The notes beneath the pieces were generated by a model. The model was not told the origin of the DNA. It did not search any database and was given only the letters and a program-made list of their open reading frames with translations. From a bacterium (GTDB lineage Bacteria > Krumholzibacteriota > Krumholzibacteriia > G020349025), in assembly GCA_031362565.1 (NCBI GenBank), contig JANLSU010000058.1:69925-133924 (forward strand): DNA of 64,000 bases, read 5' to 3'. The position numbers were made by a program, and so were the translations under genes. Within the stretch, counting starts at the first letter, position 1. The number at the start of each line of letters is the position of its first letter. This document shows, piece after piece, positions 39,677 to 49,019 of this stretch.

Positions 39677-39751
39677 GGCGGCATAGCCAAGTGGCTAAGG
39701 CAACGGTTTGCAAAACCGTCATCCCCAGTTCGAATCTGGGTGCCGCCTCCA
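39677..39751 (+). tRNA. tRNA-Cys(GCA)
   Basis: GGCGGCATAGCCAAGTGG…ACGGTTT-GCA-AAACCGT…GTTCGAATC…GCCGCCTCCA. Confidence 0.96.
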
Positions 39752-40265
39752 TTGGCTTCACGACCCCAAAGTGCAGCGGACGCGACTGTACTGCGTGCCG
39801 CATGCATGTTGGACGCGGCAGAAACTCGGTCGAATCACGCGGTTTCCTGCATCGTTTCCAGCCGTAAAACCGGCGTGAGTGGTGTGTGCATCGCGCCCCT
39901 GCAACACCTCGCACGCGGTGATTCGCATCGCGTGCGCCGCCGACCCGCTGCCGCGTGCAGCGCCACACCAAGTTCCGGTTCAAATCGACAACTTGTTGCC
40001 ACACCGTCAAATACCAACGGGCTTTCGATCTCGATGCGCGGCTGTGATGGGGCGCGGTGCGGCTCGACACGTGGCGCGCTGCCGGTGCGCGCGCGGCGTG
40101 CGACCGGCAAGGGCATGCTTCTTGATAATTCGATCCCGTCGCACGCGTGAGTAACGCGCGACATTGGGAGCACGGTGCAGCGAGATTCGCGGTGATGGGA
40201 ACGCCCGACGCGATGCGGTGGCGCGAGTCCGGAAAGAAAAATCGTGCCATTTGTTGAATTTCTTG

Positions 40266-40295
40266 TTGACGCCTTTTTTCGGATGCTCCTATTCT
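40266..40295 (+). promoter_or_regulatory. Sigma70 promoter of the basic repeat protein gene
   Basis: AT-rich UP-like tract, then TTGACG, 18 nt spacer, TATTCT. Confidence 0.55.
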
Positions 40296-40472
40296 GCGAC
40301 GTCGACTGGAAGTGTCGTCGTCTGAGATCAGGTGCTCGGTTCCACATAGGCCATTCGCCTCTGGCGAGTGAAGCACGCAGCGCGGCGGGATGCTGCGAAG
40401 TGTGCGGCGGAATCAGAAGCTCTGACACATGTGCGGCGACGGTTCCATCCACATGAAAGGTGGTAAGGACAG

Positions 40473-40721
40473 ATGGCAGCACGTAAGACCAAGCGTAAGG
40501 CTGGCCGCAAGAAGGCAGCTGGCCGTAAGAAGGCTGGTCGCAAGAAGGCGGGCCGTAAGAAGGCAGCTGGCCGTAAGAAGGCTGGCCGCAAGAAGGCAGT
40601 CGGCCGCAAGAAGGCTGGTCGCAAGAAGGCCGGTCGTAAAAAGGCGGGTCGCAAGAAGGCCGGTCGCAAGAAGGGTGGACGTCGCAAGACTTCCTCCCCT
40701 GGCGACATGCCGATGATGTGA
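40473..40721 (+). CDS. Histone H1-like/protamine-like basic protein made of GRKKA repeats
   Basis: 82 aa, 41 K+R. Eleven GRKK units with synonymous codon variation. TAAGGA SD, and a terminator follows. Confidence 0.85.
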   Translation: MAARKTKRKAGRKKAAGRKKAGRKKAGRKKAAGRKKAGRKKAVGRKKAGRKKAGRKKAGRKKAGRKKGGRRKTSSPGDMPMM

Positions 40722-40750
40722 ACCCGGCCTCTTGGTCGTGTTCGTAAAGC

Positions 40751-40787
40751 GTGGGGCGCCTCTTCGGGGGCGCCCTACGTTATTTTG
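40751..40787 (+). terminator. Rho-independent terminator
   Basis: GTGGGGCGCCTC-TTCG-GGGGCGCCCTAC hairpin followed by GTTATTTT. Confidence 0.75.
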
Positions 40788-40861
40788 AGGTCGGATGGTA
40801 TTTGGGTCCTTGCTGCGAACTTCCAGGCGACTGACGCCGTAATGCTCTCCAAGAGGTGCCG

Positions 40862-41785
40862 ATGGGATTCGAACTCGACAATGTGACGGTGCGCTACGGG
40901 CGCCACACGGCGCTCGACGGTGTCAGTCTGAAGTTCGAATCCGGGGCGCTGGGTCTGTTGGGTCCAAACGGCGCCGGCAAGAGCACCTTGCTGCGCGTGC
41001 TGCTCGGTTTTCTGCGTCCGGAACACGGATCGGTCCGCGTGCTGGGAGTCGAGCCCTTGGCCGACGCGCGCGCGCTGCGCCGGCGGATCGGCTATGCGCC
41101 CGAAGAGGACGCGATCTTCCCCGGTCTAAACGGCGTTGCTGCGGTGGCGCTCGCTGCCGAGCTTTGCGGCCTGCCGCGCTCGGACGCACTGCAACGCGCC
41201 CACGACATGCTGCACTTCGTCGGTCTCGGAGAAGTCCGGTACCGGCGCGTCGACACCTACTCCCAAGGGATGCGACAACGCCTCCGGCTGGCCCAGGCCA
41301 TTGTTCATGATCCCGAGCTCGTCATCTTGGACGAACCCACGAATGGCCTCGATCCCCCAGGGCGCCAGGAGATGCTCGAGCTCATCGCCGACCTGGTGCG
41401 GAAGAACGTCCACTTGGTGCTGTCGTCGCATCTGCTCCCGGATGTCGAGGCCGTCTGCGATCAAGTCGCTGTCCTCGAGTCCGGCCGTCTCGTGCAGGCT
41501 GGACGGCTCGGAGATCTGTTGGGACGGGGGACGTCGGATTTCGAGGTCCGCGTCAAAGGCGATCTCACCGCATACACCCAAGCCGCCGAGGCGCGTGGCG
41601 CCCGGATCGAGACCTTGCCATTGGGTCTCGTGCGTGTGACCGTTCCGGATCACGGTTCACGGCTGTTGTTCGAGGCGGCGGTCGCCTCCGGGTGCCAGGT
41701 TCGACTCGTCATGCCGGCGCGCACGCGCCTCGACGAAGTATTCGCGGCCGCGGTCAAGCCAGGAGATCCCCGTGCCCATTCATGA
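40862..41785 (+). CDS. ABC transporter ATP-binding protein
   Basis: GPNGAGKS, YSQGMRQR, LDEPT, SSH. Confidence 0.9.
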   Translation: MGFELDNVTVRYGRHTALDGVSLKFESGALGLLGPNGAGKSTLLRVLLGFLRPEHGSVRVLGVEPLADARALRRRIGYAPEEDAIFPGLNGVAAVALAAELCGLPRSDALQRAHDMLHFVGLGEVRYRRVDTYSQGMRQRLRLAQAIVHDPELVILDEPTNGLDPPGRQEMLELIADLVRKNVHLVLSSHLLPDVEAVCDQVAVLESGRLVQAGRLGDLLGRGTSDFEVRVKGDLTAYTQAAEARGARIETLPLGLVRVTVPDHGSRLLFEAAVASGCQVRLVMPARTRLDEVFAAAVKPGDPRAHS

Positions 41786-42632
41786 TCATTCGTACCAGCA
41801 CTGGTCCGGCACGCCCCATGACGTGCCGCCGGCGTTGGTGCTGGCGCGGGCCCAGATCCGGGTCCTTCTGGCGCGGCGCATCGTGCGTTTTCTGCTGCTG
41901 GTTTCGATCCTGTTCACTCTCGTTTGGGTGGGAATGATCTACATCGAGACCCATGTGGTGCGTGCCGGCCCGCTGGCGCGCATCGCCAGTGTCGTCACGG
42001 TCGACGCGCAGAGCTTTCGCAAGTTTCTGACGTCGCAGCGTATCGTGCACCTGTTGCTGTGCTTGGCGGCGGCGGATTTGGTGGCACTCGACCGGCGCGC
42101 CAAAGCCCTGCCGTTGTATTTCTCGCGCCCACTCCGCAGCCGCGACTACATCGTCGCCAAGGCGATCGCCGTTGCGGTGCCGCTGTCGCTCGCGACCTGG
42201 GTGCCGGCCTTCCTGCTCATCCTCATCAAATCGATCTTGCGTGGCGATGTGCACTGGTTGGCGGAGTGTCCCTGGCTGCCGGCATCGGTCTTGGCGTATG
42301 CCGTCAGCTTGATCGTGCCGCTGACGCTTGTGACCTTGGCGATCTCCTGCCTGTCGCGGAGCCCGCGCACCGCGAGCGCCACCCTGTTCGCGGCATTGAT
42401 GCTTTCCGAAGCGGTCGGGCACGCCTTCGCGGCGCTGACGCACCAGGATGCGTGGCGGCTCTTGTCGGTGAACGCTGACTTGGATCAAGTCGCGGCCCGT
42501 CTCTTTGGTGCGGCACCGGTGTTCGAGGTGCCGCAGTTCGCAGCGGCGGCGGCGCTCCTGGCGGTGGCCGGCGCCTCCATCGCACTGCTCGGGCGCCGGA
42601 TCCGCGCCGTCGATGTCATCGGAGGCGCATGA
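41772..42632 (+). CDS. ABC-2 type permease
   Basis: Multi-TM; D…ALPLYFSRP…DYIVAK. Confidence 0.82.
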   Translation: MPIHDHSYQHWSGTPHDVPPALVLARAQIRVLLARRIVRFLLLVSILFTLVWVGMIYIETHVVRAGPLARIASVVTVDAQSFRKFLTSQRIVHLLLCLAAADLVALDRRAKALPLYFSRPLRSRDYIVAKAIAVAVPLSLATWVPAFLLILIKSILRGDVHWLAECPWLPASVLAYAVSLIVPLTLVTLAISCLSRSPRTASATLFAALMLSEAVGHAFAALTHQDAWRLLSVNADLDQVAARLFGAAPVFEVPQFAAAAALLAVAGASIALLGRRIRAVDVIGGA

Positions 42633-43552
42633 CGCCGACGATCGTCGTGCAAGACGTATCACGCTGGTACGGTGAGGTTGTGGGCCTCTCGGGTGCGACG
42701 CTCGAAGTCGAACCCGGGGTGACCGGGTTGTTGGGGCCCAACGGTGCAGGCAAGTCGACCCTGGTGCGGATCCTCTCCGGTCAGATTCGTTCGAGCCGCG
42801 GCGAGGTGCGGGTTCTCGGCCAGCCGGTCTGGGGCAATCCGGCTCTCATGCGCCAGCTCGGCTACTGCCCGGAGGCGGAAGCAGTGTACGAAAGCTGGTC
42901 GGCGCTCGAGTTCCTGCAGGCGATGCTGGCACTCGTCGGTGAGCGCGGTCCGGACGCCAAGCGCCGCGCCCGTGCGGTCCTCGAGACGGTCGGGCTCGAC
43001 CCGGACGACCGCAAGTCCATGGCGGCGTACTCCAAAGGCATGCGCCAGCGCGCCAAGCTCGGACAGGCGTTGCTGCACGATCCGCAAATCCTCCTGCTCG
43101 ACGAACCGCTGAACGGCATGGATCCTGTCGGGCGCCACCACACGATGGATCTCATCGTGCGGCTGGGGCAGGAAGGCCGTACGGTCCTCGTTTCGAGCCA
43201 TATCTTGCACGAGATCGAGGCGATGACCCGGCGCGTCGCGCTCTTGCACCACGGCAAGGTCTTGGCCCACGGGGATGTGCACGAAATTCGTTCCTGGATC
43301 GAGGATCGGGCCCACTCCATTCGCCTGCGCTGCCGTGACCCGCATCGTCTCGCGGCCCGCCTGATCGAAGTGGACGATGTGGCGGGGGTGCGTTTCAGCA
43401 CCGATCCACGCCTGTTGTTCGTGGAGACCCAGCGGGCCGATCGCTTTTTTGCCCGGTTGACCGAGCTGGGGCTCGATCCGGAACTCGGAATCGATGAAGT
43501 CCTGCCGCTCGATGACGACTTGCAATCGGTCTTCAACTATCTCGTGCGCTGA
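42629..43552 (+). CDS. ABC transporter ATP-binding protein
   Basis: GPNGAGKS, YSKGMRQR, LDEPL, SSHILHE. Confidence 0.9.
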   Translation: MTPTIVVQDVSRWYGEVVGLSGATLEVEPGVTGLLGPNGAGKSTLVRILSGQIRSSRGEVRVLGQPVWGNPALMRQLGYCPEAEAVYESWSALEFLQAMLALVGERGPDAKRRARAVLETVGLDPDDRKSMAAYSKGMRQRAKLGQALLHDPQILLLDEPLNGMDPVGRHHTMDLIVRLGQEGRTVLVSSHILHEIEAMTRRVALLHHGKVLAHGDVHEIRSWIEDRAHSIRLRCRDPHRLAARLIEVDDVAGVRFSTDPRLLFVETQRADRFFARLTELGLDPELGIDEVLPLDDDLQSVFNYLVR

Positions 43553-43568
43553 AGGGGACGAAGAGCCG

Positions 43569-44366
43569 ATGCATCTGCCGCCCATCCGTCTGCAGCTCGA
43601 TCCCCGGCACGTGGTGCGTGCGGCGCGATTCGAATGGCAGCTCGCGTGGTCGCGTTCCCGGCGCCGTCTGGCGTTTCTCCTCTACGCCTTGCCGGTCGGC
43701 TTGGGCGTCGGCATCGTCGCGTTGCATGCCACCGGCGTCATTACGACGCTCGGCAGTGACGCGCTCACGGGGCTCGTGGGGGCGGTCTACCTGCAGATCC
43801 TGCTCGTCATCGTGCCTCTGGTGTTCGGCACCGGCCTCGTCGCCCAGGAGGCGGAGGCTCGCACCCTGGTTTATTTGCTCGTGCGGCCGTTGTCGCGCGG
43901 TTCACTGCTCGTCGGCAAGTTCTTCGGAGCGTGGTTTGCGGCGACGCTCATGCTCTCGGCATCCGTTCTCGTGACCGCCGGGTTGTTGCTTGGCGTCGAC
44001 GGGTTCGCGGACGCCGGTCCATGGGTCGAACGGCTCCTGCGCGTGTTCGGAGTCTTCGCGCTCGGCACGTTGGCATACGGCGCGCTGTTCACTTTTGTGG
44101 GGCTCGTCTTCGCACGCCCCGCGCTCGTCGGGCTCGCGGTGGCATTCGGATGGGAGACGGCGATTCCTTTTCTGCCCGGATCGCTGCGTCTGTTCACGGT
44201 GCGACATCACCTGGCGGCCTTCCTGCCGTCGGACCTGCTGCCGGCGGCACTGCGGGTCGCGCTGTCGCCGCCGACACCGCCCATGGCGCTCGCCTGGCTC
44301 GTCGTGAGCGCCGCACTGCTTCTCGGTGCCGCGGCAGTTGCCTTTTCGCGCCGCGATTACGTTTGA
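43569..44366 (+). CDS. ABC-2 type permease
   Basis: E…TLVYLLVRPLSR…GK; C-terminal FSRRDY. Confidence 0.82.
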   Translation: MHLPPIRLQLDPRHVVRAARFEWQLAWSRSRRRLAFLLYALPVGLGVGIVALHATGVITTLGSDALTGLVGAVYLQILLVIVPLVFGTGLVAQEAEARTLVYLLVRPLSRGSLLVGKFFGAWFAATLMLSASVLVTAGLLLGVDGFADAGPWVERLLRVFGVFALGTLAYGALFTFVGLVFARPALVGLAVAFGWETAIPFLPGSLRLFTVRHHLAAFLPSDLLPAALRVALSPPTPPMALAWLVVSAALLLGAAAVAFSRRDYV

Positions 44367-44373
44367 CGGTGGG

Positions 44374-45957
44374 TTAGCGGAATGGACGTGGTTCGAGGTA
44401 CGTGAGGCCGCGCGCGGCGCGGAAGAAGCTGCCCGTCGACACCGAAATCTGATACGAACCCGACCCGAATGCGAAGTCGATGCCGGTCATGGTGCTGCCG
44501 CTGCGGTTGCTGCCGAGCCGCAGTCCGACTCCGGCGCCAAGCCGGGCATGATCGCGGGCCAGTGTTTCGTCGGCATCCCATGCCGCCGCCATGTCGACAA
44601 ACGCCACGGCCCCCAAACGAATGAAGAACAGGCGCCGGTTGGTGAACAGGCGATCCTCGAGATTCGCGTAGACGATGCGTTCACCGCTCAAATGACGGGC
44701 TTCATAGCCGCGCAGCCGATCGTCGCCGCCGAGATCGAAACGCGCGTGGCGCGGTTCGCGGACGAGTGCCGCGGCGCCCGCCCGCCACGCCAAGGTCTGA
44801 TGGCCCGCGACCTGCCAATAGCCGAAGCCTTCGGCGGCCAAGCGGGTGTTCTCGGCCCGATTGGCGCGCACGAACGCGTGTTGCCGCAGCTTGACGCCGG
44901 CGAATGCGTGCGCGCCGAGCCAGCGCGCCCAGGCCGCGTCGGCGCGTACAAAGGCCCGGTCGTGGCTGGCGCCCAAGGCGCGCAGATCGGCGCCAGTGCC
45001 GAATTGCAGCGTCCAGCCGGCGGCCAAGTCTTCGACGGCGCCGAACAAGTCCACGTCGTACGCTTGACGGTAGTCGCGGCGCAAGCGCGACCAGACCACG
45101 CCCAAGAGCGCATTGTCCTCGATATCGGCGCCGCGCAGGCGCCGCCGTGCGGCCAGCACGCCCCAGCGCTCCAAGACATCGCCGCGCGGATGCCAAGCTG
45201 CGAACCCATCTCCCAGAGTCTCACTGACGTCGAGACGCTCGCTCTCCAGGCCGCCTTCGAAGCGCCGCCGCACGCCATCCGTGTGATCGAGTTCGAAAGC
45301 TCCCGAGCCGCGCGCCGCATCGGCGTAGAAGGGATGATCGAACCCCACGTGCCAGCTCTTCTGCAAGTCGTCTTGGCGCACGGCGAGCGAAGTATTCCAG
45401 CGCGTCCCGAGAAGGCGCGGGTCGCGCCAGGCGAGGGCCCGTGAATCAACGTCGGTCGACGAGGTCACGGAGCCGCCGAACGCGACCGCCCGGCCGAACA
45501 AGTTGCCGTCCGAAAGGCCGAGGCCGATTTGGCTGATGCCACCCTGGCTGCGCACATCGGTGCGCACTTCGGTCGTCCAGCGGTCGGTGGTGCGGACGCA
45601 AAGCACGACCCCATCGGGCACCGCCTCGGGCACGATCGAAACGTCTTGGAAAATGCCCAGCGCCCGCAGATTGCGTTCGCTTTCGGCGACCAGTGCCGGG
45701 TCGTAGGGATCGCCGACCGCGAGCAGCAACTCGCGCTGGATGACGTGCCCGCGGGTGCGGACATGCAGGGCGTTGGCCCAGCGGAACACCGCGTGGTCTT
45801 CACCCGGGCGGCTCGAATCGAAGACTTCACCGGCTTGAATCCGCACGTCCCGGACGATCTGTCCGGCGAAGGGCGGCGCGGCGCCGACCGTCTGGGCGAT
45901 GGCGCCGGGCGCGCCGAGGCAGACCGTGATCGTGCAGAAGAAAAGAGTGCCGCGCAT
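44374..45957 (-). CDS. BamA/TamA (Omp85)-like outer-membrane protein with POTRA domain
   Basis: Signal peptide; TR..VI.RELL…GD.YD…ESERNLRALGIF POTRA; NLFG; LGG…LRGY; G.GLR. Confidence 0.8.
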   Translation of the reverse strand: MRGTLFFCTITVCLGAPGAIAQTVGAAPPFAGQIVRDVRIQAGEVFDSSRPGEDHAVFRWANALHVRTRGHVIQRELLLAVGDPYDPALVAESERNLRALGIFQDVSIVPEAVPDGVVLCVRTTDRWTTEVRTDVRSQGGISQIGLGLSDGNLFGRAVAFGGSVTSSTDVDSRALAWRDPRLLGTRWNTSLAVRQDDLQKSWHVGFDHPFYADAARGSGAFELDHTDGVRRRFEGGLESERLDVSETLGDGFAAWHPRGDVLERWGVLAARRRLRGADIEDNALLGVVWSRLRRDYRQAYDVDLFGAVEDLAAGWTLQFGTGADLRALGASHDRAFVRADAAWARWLGAHAFAGVKLRQHAFVRANRAENTRLAAEGFGYWQVAGHQTLAWRAGAAALVREPRHARFDLGGDDRLRGYEARHLSGERIVYANLEDRLFTNRRLFFIRLGAVAFVDMAAAWDADETLARDHARLGAGVGLRLGSNRSGSTMTGIDFAFGSGSYQISVSTGSFFRAARGLTYLEPRPFR

Positions 45958-46105
45958 TCCACCGTCCGTCCAGCCGAGGCGCCGCGAAGCCGAGCCCCCG
46001 GGCAATGAAACACTCCGGACGCCGGGAGTCCAGAACGGAAGGCCGGAAGGGCCCCTCCTGGCGTCCATCTTGCACCGAATGGGCCTATTTAGGGGGTGTT
46101 GGGCC

Positions 46106-46933
46106 GTGAGGTGGGGACCGGCAATTCGAGACGGGCTGCAGGCGCCGCGCTGTCCGGCGGGTGCCACCGAATCTGACGCCGCGAGGCGCGGGCGGCAGCC
46201 GGGGACGCCCGGGGCGCCCGCCCAGCGCGAATTGTTGGGGCACCTCGCACACGAACTCAAGTCGCCGCTGCACACGATTGGCGCGTACGCCGAAATGCTG
46301 CAGGAAGGCTCCGTCGATCCCGCCGCCCGCAACGAGTTCTTCGCCGTCATCACCAGTGAGAGCCAGCGGCTCGCGACGCTGATCGACACGCTTGTCGATT
46401 TGTCGAACATCGAAGCCGGCGCCTTGGTACCACAGCGCGGCCCGGTGCGCATCGATGCGCTCGTCAAGGAACTGGTCGGGACCTTCGACACCGCCGCACG
46501 CGGCAAGGCGATCGACGTTGTCGTGTCGAGCCCGGGTCCGATCCCGGCGGTGCTCGCCGACTCCCAGTTGCTGGCCGTAGCGTTGCGCAATCTGCTTGCC
46601 AACGCCATTCAATACACGCCGCGCGGCGGGCGCGTCGAGGTGCGCGTCGGAGCGGCCCGCGGGACGATCACGGTCGAGATCGCCGACTCGGGAATCGGCA
46701 TTCATCCCGATGACCGGCCACAGGTGTTCGACAAGTTCTTCCGCGGCCGTGCCCCCGAGGTGCGCCAACAACCGGGGAGCGGGCTCGGGCTGGCGCTCGC
46801 CGAGCGCCTGGTGGCGTTGCACGGCGGCGGTCTCGAAGTCGAGAGCGCGCCGGGAGTGGGGAGCACGTTCCGCCTCACCTTGCCGGGCGAACGTGCCGTG
46901 CCATCCGGGGTCGAGTTGCGAGAGGCGCGCTGA
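46106..46933 (+). CDS. Histidine kinase (HisKA plus HATPase only)
   Basis: AHELKSPL, NLLANAIQYT, DSGIGI, FDKF, GSGLGL, GSTF. Start is either GTG 46106 (after AGGGGG) or ATG 46079. Confidence 0.85.
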   Translation: MRWGPAIRDGLQAPRCPAGATESDAARRGRQPGTPGAPAQRELLGHLAHELKSPLHTIGAYAEMLQEGSVDPAARNEFFAVITSESQRLATLIDTLVDLSNIEAGALVPQRGPVRIDALVKELVGTFDTAARGKAIDVVVSSPGPIPAVLADSQLLAVALRNLLANAIQYTPRGGRVEVRVGAARGTITVEIADSGIGIHPDDRPQVFDKFFRGRAPEVRQQPGSGLGLALAERLVALHGGGLEVESAPGVGSTFRLTLPGERAVPSGVELREAR

Positions 46934-47310
46934 TGGAACGCATCGTGGTCTGCGACGACGAAGCCTACGCCCGGCGCGTCTTGCAGATGAAACTCGAACG
47001 CGCCGGGTACGAGGTGCTGCTGGCGAGTGACGGCGACGAGGCGCTGGATCTCGTGCGCACGCATGGGCCGCGTTTTCTCATCACCGATCTCGTCATGCCG
47101 AAGATGGATGGACTGGAGCTGTGCACCGCGTTGCACACCGACGGCCGCCTGCCCGCGCTCCGCGTGCTGGTGGTGACGTCGTCGAACGACCGCGCACAGC
47201 GCGCCCGGCTGACGGCTCTCCCAGGCGTCGTCGTCGCCGACAAACCGCTTTCACCATCACAGGTTTGCGCCTGGGTTCGAGCCCAGATGCAGCCGGAGGT
47301 ACAGGGTTGA
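46933..47310 (+). CDS. Single-domain response regulator
   Basis: VCDDE, ITDLVMPKMDG, VTS, KP; TGATG coupling. Confidence 0.9.
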   Translation: MERIVVCDDEAYARRVLQMKLERAGYEVLLASDGDEALDLVRTHGPRFLITDLVMPKMDGLELCTALHTDGRLPALRVLVVTSSNDRAQRARLTALPGVVVADKPLSPSQVCAWVRAQMQPEVQG

Positions 47311-48872
47311 AGATCTCGAAGGAGACACGAAAGCCGGCAAGCACTCCACCGGGAGTGCGCGATCTGGTGCGGCATGCGGCGGACTCCCTCGGAGTGTCGA
47401 TCGAGATCTGGCCGCCCAACGGACGCCAGCCGGAGCGTCTGCACTTGGGACCGGGTTGCACGAACTGCGAGGCGCACGACCCGCGCGTCTTCGACCGCTG
47501 CCGCAAGCGGCGCACCTATCTCGCCCGTCCCGATGCGCCGGTCAACGGCGAGCTGGCGGAAAAATGTCCGGTGCGGTTGCGCGTCGCCCGGCTCGGGCCG
47601 GCGGAAAATGTCGCGGAGCCGACGCTGTTCGCGTTCGGATATGGGCCCGAGGGCGATGAAACATCCCAGGACGGGCGCGTCCTGTCGTTTCTGCGCGACC
47701 TCCGTCGCATGCTCCACGACAGCGATTCGATGCAATCCGAGATGCTCGAGATGACCGACGAATTGGCCGACCGGTACGAGGAGATCAATCTCCTGTATTC
47801 GATCGCCGGGCGTTTGACGCGCGTCGAGGACTTGCACGGCACGGTCCAGCACGTCTTGCAAGAGTGGCGGGCCGTCCTGAACGGCAGTTGCGCGTTCCTG
47901 TGGTTTCGCGACCGGGTGTTGCGGGAAATGGTCGTCGCCCCGGAGATCGAGCGTCCCGCTGCCGACACGAATCCGGTGTGGGAGAACTTCGCGCGCCGCA
48001 TCCTCGACACCTTGGAGCATTCGCGGCACGATTCGTACGTCGAGCGGCTCGCGGCCTCGCATCCCATCGCCCGGGCTCTGGGGGGCGAGACGGACTGCAT
48101 CGCGGTGCCGCTTTTGCGCGACGGCCGACCGTATGGCGTGGTGTGCGGCTTGCGGCCGGCGAGCGAGACGGACTTCGGCACCCCGGAAATCCGGCTCCTC
48201 CGCAGCCTTGCGGCGCAGCTCGGCCTCGCCGCGTCCAACGCCGACTTGTACGAGGATCTGAAGCGCTTTCTCACCAGCACCGTGAAGGCGCTGGTGTCCG
48301 CCATCGACGCCAAGGACTCCTACACGGCCGGGCACTCGGAGCGCGTCAACATCGTCTCGATGCTCATCGGCAGTGAGATGAATCTCGACCTCGGCGTCCT
48401 CGATGATCTGTACTGGGGTTCGCTCCTGCACGATGTCGGCAAGATCGGCATGCCGGAAGCGATCCTCAACAAGCCGGCCGGGCTCGACGAAACCGAAGCC
48501 GACATCATGAAGCAACATCCCGAGCGCGGCTGGCAGATGCTGCATTCCATCGAACGTTTGGCCGGCGCCGCGCTTGGGGTGCGCGATCACCATGAACGCT
48601 GGGACGGTGCGGGCTATCCCCGGGCGCTCGCCGGCGAAGCGATTCCGGTCATCGCCCGCATCATCGCGGTTGCCGACACCTTCGACGCTCTGGTGTCGAA
48701 TCGCAGCTATCGCAAGGGGCGCGCCGCCGCCAAAGCGATCGCCGTCATTGCCGGCGAAGCCGGTACGCAATTCGACCCCGAGGTGGTGGCGGCGCTTGGA
48801 CGACTGCTGCCGCTGCTCGACAAACACCAATGGGTGCTGATGTCCGGCCAAAAGGGCCCGAGCAAGGCCTGA
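47307..48872 (+). CDS. GAF plus HD-GYP cyclic-dinucleotide phosphodiesterase with a Cys-rich N-terminal domain
   Basis: DAKDSYTAGHSERV, LHDVGKIG, HHERWDGAGYP, AVADTFDA, GTQFDP. TTG start follows GGAGG. Confidence 0.88.
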   Translation: MKISKETRKPASTPPGVRDLVRHAADSLGVSIEIWPPNGRQPERLHLGPGCTNCEAHDPRVFDRCRKRRTYLARPDAPVNGELAEKCPVRLRVARLGPAENVAEPTLFAFGYGPEGDETSQDGRVLSFLRDLRRMLHDSDSMQSEMLEMTDELADRYEEINLLYSIAGRLTRVEDLHGTVQHVLQEWRAVLNGSCAFLWFRDRVLREMVVAPEIERPAADTNPVWENFARRILDTLEHSRHDSYVERLAASHPIARALGGETDCIAVPLLRDGRPYGVVCGLRPASETDFGTPEIRLLRSLAAQLGLAASNADLYEDLKRFLTSTVKALVSAIDAKDSYTAGHSERVNIVSMLIGSEMNLDLGVLDDLYWGSLLHDVGKIGMPEAILNKPAGLDETEADIMKQHPERGWQMLHSIERLAGAALGVRDHHERWDGAGYPRALAGEAIPVIARIIAVADTFDALVSNRSYRKGRAAAKAIAVIAGEAGTQFDPEVVAALGRLLPLLDKHQWVLMSGQKGPSKA

Positions 48873-49019
48873 GCGGCGTTCGTACCGCAACGGGCGCTCT
48901 GCACCGCGCCGGCCGGTCGGCTTGACCATACGCGGTCGGCTCGCGTCCAATGGGACTCAGCGACGGCGGCTCGGTGCTGCCGCGTGGCGTCCCGGAGGCC
49001 TCCGTTTGAATCCGATCCA

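Noticed and set aside
40495..40690. CRISPR or non-coding repeat array
   Set aside because: The units are in-frame 15-18 nt with synonymous variation and no spacers; this is a coding repeat.
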